Shown: piece after piece, positions 29,706-32,000 of the stretch
Position numbering within the stretch: the stretch's first letter is position 1
Layout: every line of letters begins with the position of its first letter
NCBI RefSeq assembly: GCF_000148385.1
Contig: NC_014537.1
Coordinates: forward strand, 450,001-482,000
Direction of reading: 5' to 3'
DNA length: 32,000 bases
Source: Vulcanisaeta distributa DSM 14429
Lineage (GTDB): Archaea > Thermoproteota > Thermoprotei > Thermoproteales > Thermocladiaceae
Program-made: the position numbers and the translations under genes
Notes under the pieces: model-generated
Databases searched by the model: none
Told to the model about the DNA's origin: nothing
What the model saw: only the letters and a program-made list of their open reading frames with translations

Positions 29706-29714
29706 AGTTAAAAA
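29706..29714 (+). promoter_or_regulatory. TATA-like GTTAAAAAG upstream of tRNA-Leu
   Basis: It lies 25-33 nt upstream of the tRNA 5' end at 29739. Confidence 0.4.
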
Positions 29715-29738
29715 GACCGTGAAAAGTAAACTAAACCT

Positions 29739-29826
29739 GCGGGGGTGCCCGAGCCTGGTCAAAGGGGGCGGACTTAAGATCCGCTGGCGAAGGCCTGCGT
29801 GGGTTCGAATCCCACCCCCCGCACCA
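29739..29826 (+). tRNA. tRNA-Leu (anticodon UAA), type II with a long variable arm; 3' CCA apparently encoded
   Basis: Hand-folded. Acceptor GCGGGGG/CCCCCGC. Anticodon arm GCGGA-CTTAAGA-TCCGC. A 14-nt variable arm. T-arm GTGGG-TTCGAAT-CCCAC. Discriminator A, followed by CCA. Confidence 0.9.
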
Positions 29827-29945
29827 ACTTCATAATTAAATAATTCGTCTTTGAAGTGGGCACCTAATCAGCGGTGGAAGCGTTATTATATGGTGATTTT
29901 AAGCCTTGATACGAGAAAATACTTGGCGAATGAATGCTAAAAATG

Positions 29946-29953
29946 CTTAAAAG
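29946..29953 (+). promoter_or_regulatory. TATA-like CTTAAAAG upstream of speE
   Basis: It lies 19-26 nt upstream of the ATG at 29972. This argues against the GTG at 29960 as the start. Confidence 0.4.
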
Positions 29954-29971
29954 TCGAGCGTGGTAATTCGC

Positions 29972-30904
29972 ATGATGAGTCTTGAGAAGGTGAGTAAGGA
30001 GGGTACGTGGTTCATTGAGTTTAATACGCCATTTAGTTACCATGTTAGGGGTATTAGGAGGGTTTTGTATAGTGGCGTGACTAAGTATCAGAGGGTTGCC
30101 ATTGTCGAGTTTGAGGACTTGGGTAAGGCGTTGGTGCTTGATGGTAAGATACAGAGTTCATTATATGATGAGTTTGTTTACCACGAATCGCTCGTTCACC
30201 CAGCAATGATTACTCATCCAAATCCAAGGAGGGTGCTTATTCTCGGTGGTGGTGAGGGTGCTACGGCGAGGGAAGTACTTAAGCATAGGAGTGTTGAGAA
30301 GGTGATCATGGTTGATATTGATGATGAAGTAGTCAGACTCGTTAAGGAGTACCTACCTGAGATGAGCCAGGGTGTATTTGACAATCCAAGGTTTAAGCTC
30401 ATACTTCAGGATGGTAGGAAGTTCCTTGAGGAGTCAGGGGATAAGTACGACGTGATAATACTAGACCTGACAGACCCACTTGAGGGTGGGCCATCATACC
30501 TACTATATACCATTGAGTTTTACAGCATTGTTAGGGATAGGCTGAGTGATGATGGTATAATGGTGACCCAGGCAACATCAACCTCATACTCATTAAGGAC
30601 ATTCGCAACGATCTATAGGACCGTAGCCTCGGTATTTCCAATAACCAGGGCTTACCAGGTCTATATGCATTCGTACGACAGTACGTGGGGTTTCGTAATC
30701 GGGTCTAAGAAATACGACCCAGCAATACTAACGCCAGACGAAGTTAATAATAGAATTAGGGAGAGAATAAGTGGTGAACTTAAGTTCTACGAGGGTGATA
30801 TACATAGGGCAATTTTCGTATTGCCAAAGCATATAAGGGCTGTATTGAGCGATGAGTCGATAAAGCCTGCAACGGATAAGAACCCAACATTCCTACCAGC
30901 ATGA
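29972..30904 (+). CDS. speE: Spermidine synthase / polyamine aminopropyltransferase
   Basis: Motifs VLILGGGEGATAREVLKH (SAM-derivative binding), VDIDDEVV and VIILDLTDP are the canonical spermidine synthase signature. The ORF opens at GTG 29960, but I prefer ATG 29972. Confidence 0.9.
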   Translation: MMSLEKVSKEGTWFIEFNTPFSYHVRGIRRVLYSGVTKYQRVAIVEFEDLGKALVLDGKIQSSLYDEFVYHESLVHPAMITHPNPRRVLILGGGEGATAREVLKHRSVEKVIMVDIDDEVVRLVKEYLPEMSQGVFDNPRFKLILQDGRKFLEESGDKYDVIILDLTDPLEGGPSYLLYTIEFYSIVRDRLSDDGIMVTQATSTSYSLRTFATIYRTVASVFPITRAYQVYMHSYDSTWGFVIGSKKYDPAILTPDEVNNRIRERISGELKFYEGDIHRAIFVLPKHIRAVLSDESIKPATDKNPTFLPA

Positions 30905-31010
30905 TCATTTAAGTATTTTATTAAAAATTCTATGTTAATGTTAATTTGTTAGTAAAAAATTTAAGAATTCCACAATAAAATTTATTAATATATTCTAATA
31001 ATGAATACAT

Positions 31011-32000
31011 ATGAGCAGTGAGGATGTTAGTAAGGTCGTTCGTGAGCACTTATTCGGCACTTGGCGTAGGCAGAGGGGTTGGGAGCCTATGAATATCGTT
31101 AAGGCTGAGGGCGTGTATTTCTATGATTCACAGGGTAAGAGGTACCTGGACTTCTCATCGCAGCTTGTCAATGTTAATCTTGGTTATGGTAATGAGAACG
31201 TGATTAATGTGATCAAGAGGCAATTAGAGGCGCTGCAGTACATATCGCCTGCCTTCGCGACTGAGGCGAGGGCTAGGGCTGCCAGGGCGTTGCTTGGGAT
31301 AATGCCTGAGGGCTTAACTAAGTTCTTCTTTTCAACGTCCGGCACTGAGGCCAACGAAGCCGCTGTTAAGATTGCCAGGCTCTTTAAGAGGCCCGCCTAT
31401 AAGATAATTGTTAGGTATAGGTCGTATCACGGCTCCACATTTGCGTCAATATCCATGACGGGCGACTATAGGCGTTGGTTCATTGAGCCACACACCATGC
31501 ATGGCGTTGTCAGGGTGCCCGAGCCGTACTGCTATAGGTGCCCACTCGGCCTTAAGTACCCTGAATGCGGCTTGGCCTGTGTCAATTACGTGGATTACGT
31601 CATTAAGAATGAGAGGAATGTGGCCGCGATACTCATCGAACCAATCACAGGTACCAACGGTGTTGTTGTGCCACCCAAGGAGTACCTACCAACACTTAGG
31701 AGGATTGCTGAGGAGAATGATGTCTTGTTCATTGCTGATGAGGTCATGACTGGGTGGGGCCGTGTCGGTGACTGGTGGGCGGTGAATCTGTGGGGTGTTA
31801 GGCCGGACATACTAACAACGGCTAAGGGTGCGTCGGCCTCATACGTACCCATCGGGATAACGGCGGTGAGTAGGAAGATCGCGGATTACTTTGAGGATGA
31901 GTTCTTCGCGCATGGCCATACATTTGAGGCCCACCCTGTCTCCCTTGCGGCGATACCAGCGGTTATTGAGGAGTACAGGAGGCTTGACTTACTGAGTCAT
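31011..32000 (+). CDS. Class-III (omega) PLP-dependent aminotransferase, 5' part; continues beyond the window end
   Basis: My own translation from ATG 31011 stays open for 330 codons to the window edge: MSSEDVSKVVREHLFGTWRRQRGWEPMNIVKAEGVYFYDSQGKRYLDFSSQ... It contains STSGTEANEAAVKIAR, LIADEVMTGWGRVG and TTAKG (the PLP lysine). The ORF is missing from the track because no stop codon falls inside the window. Confidence 0.85.
   Translation, partial: MSSEDVSKVVREHLFGTWRRQRGWEPMNIVKAEGVYFYDSQGKRYLDFSSQLVNVNLGYGNENVINVIKRQLEALQYISPAFATEARARAARALLGIMPEGLTKFFFSTSGTEANEAAVKIARLFKRPAYKIIVRYRSYHGSTFASISMTGDYRRWFIEPHTMHGVVRVPEPYCYRCPLGLKYPECGLACVNYVDYVIKNERNVAAILIEPITGTNGVVVPPKEYLPTLRRIAEENDVLFIADEVMTGWGRVGDWWAVNLWGVRPDILTTAKGASASYVPIGITAVSRKIADYFEDEFFAHGHTFEAHPVSLAAIPAVIEEYRRLDLLSH

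Noticed and set aside
29559-29762. A 67-aa minus-strand ORF upstream of the CoA-transferase.
   Set aside because: It overlaps the 5' end and promoter of tRNA-Leu, lies in an AT-rich divergent promoter region, and has a hydrophobic low-complexity sequence.

Overview
The window looks like a crenarchaeal chromosome segment, probably from a Thermoproteales-type organism such as Caldivirga or Vulcanisaeta. That placement is an inference from four things: PaREP1-family genes, an A1:U72 initiator tRNA, TATA-like boxes about 25-30 nt upstream of start codons (leaderless layout), and a tungsten-type aldehyde:ferredoxin oxidoreductase.

Layout:
(i) 1-7947, minus strand: a glycan/exopolysaccharide cluster. 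It holds three GT4 glycosyltransferases, a CE4 polysaccharide deacetylase, a 613-aa multi-pass membrane protein, one AT-rich unknown, and two decayed GT2 remnants. Composition is visibly mosaic.
(ii) 7944-8780: three small overlapping unknown ORFs.
(iii) 8823-15467, minus strand: the most unusual region. Five paralogous 334-339 aa Walker-A/B ATPases (archaeal ATPase / COG1672-like) are chained by 1-4 nt overlaps. They are led by a 137-aa Arg-rich ORF and interleaved with two PaREP1 genes. One PaREP1 copy carries a TGG->TGA change at a conserved Trp. The ATPase paralogs show clear recombination and gene-conversion mosaicism.
(iv) 15524-17459: a DPM-synthase-like GT2, a small membrane protein and a haloacid dehalogenase.
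(v) 18236-18309: initiator tRNA-Met, followed by an AT-rich island (18310-20375) carrying a disrupted gene with a LAGLIDADG-like motif.
(vi) Housekeeping genes: nadA-nadB-nadC, an MFS transporter, AOR, an EF-Tu-domain-2 protein with a degenerate G domain, a fused CoA-transferase, tRNA-Leu(UAA), spermidine synthase, and a class-III aminotransferase that runs off the window end.

I recognised no rRNA, CRISPR array, transposase or integrase.
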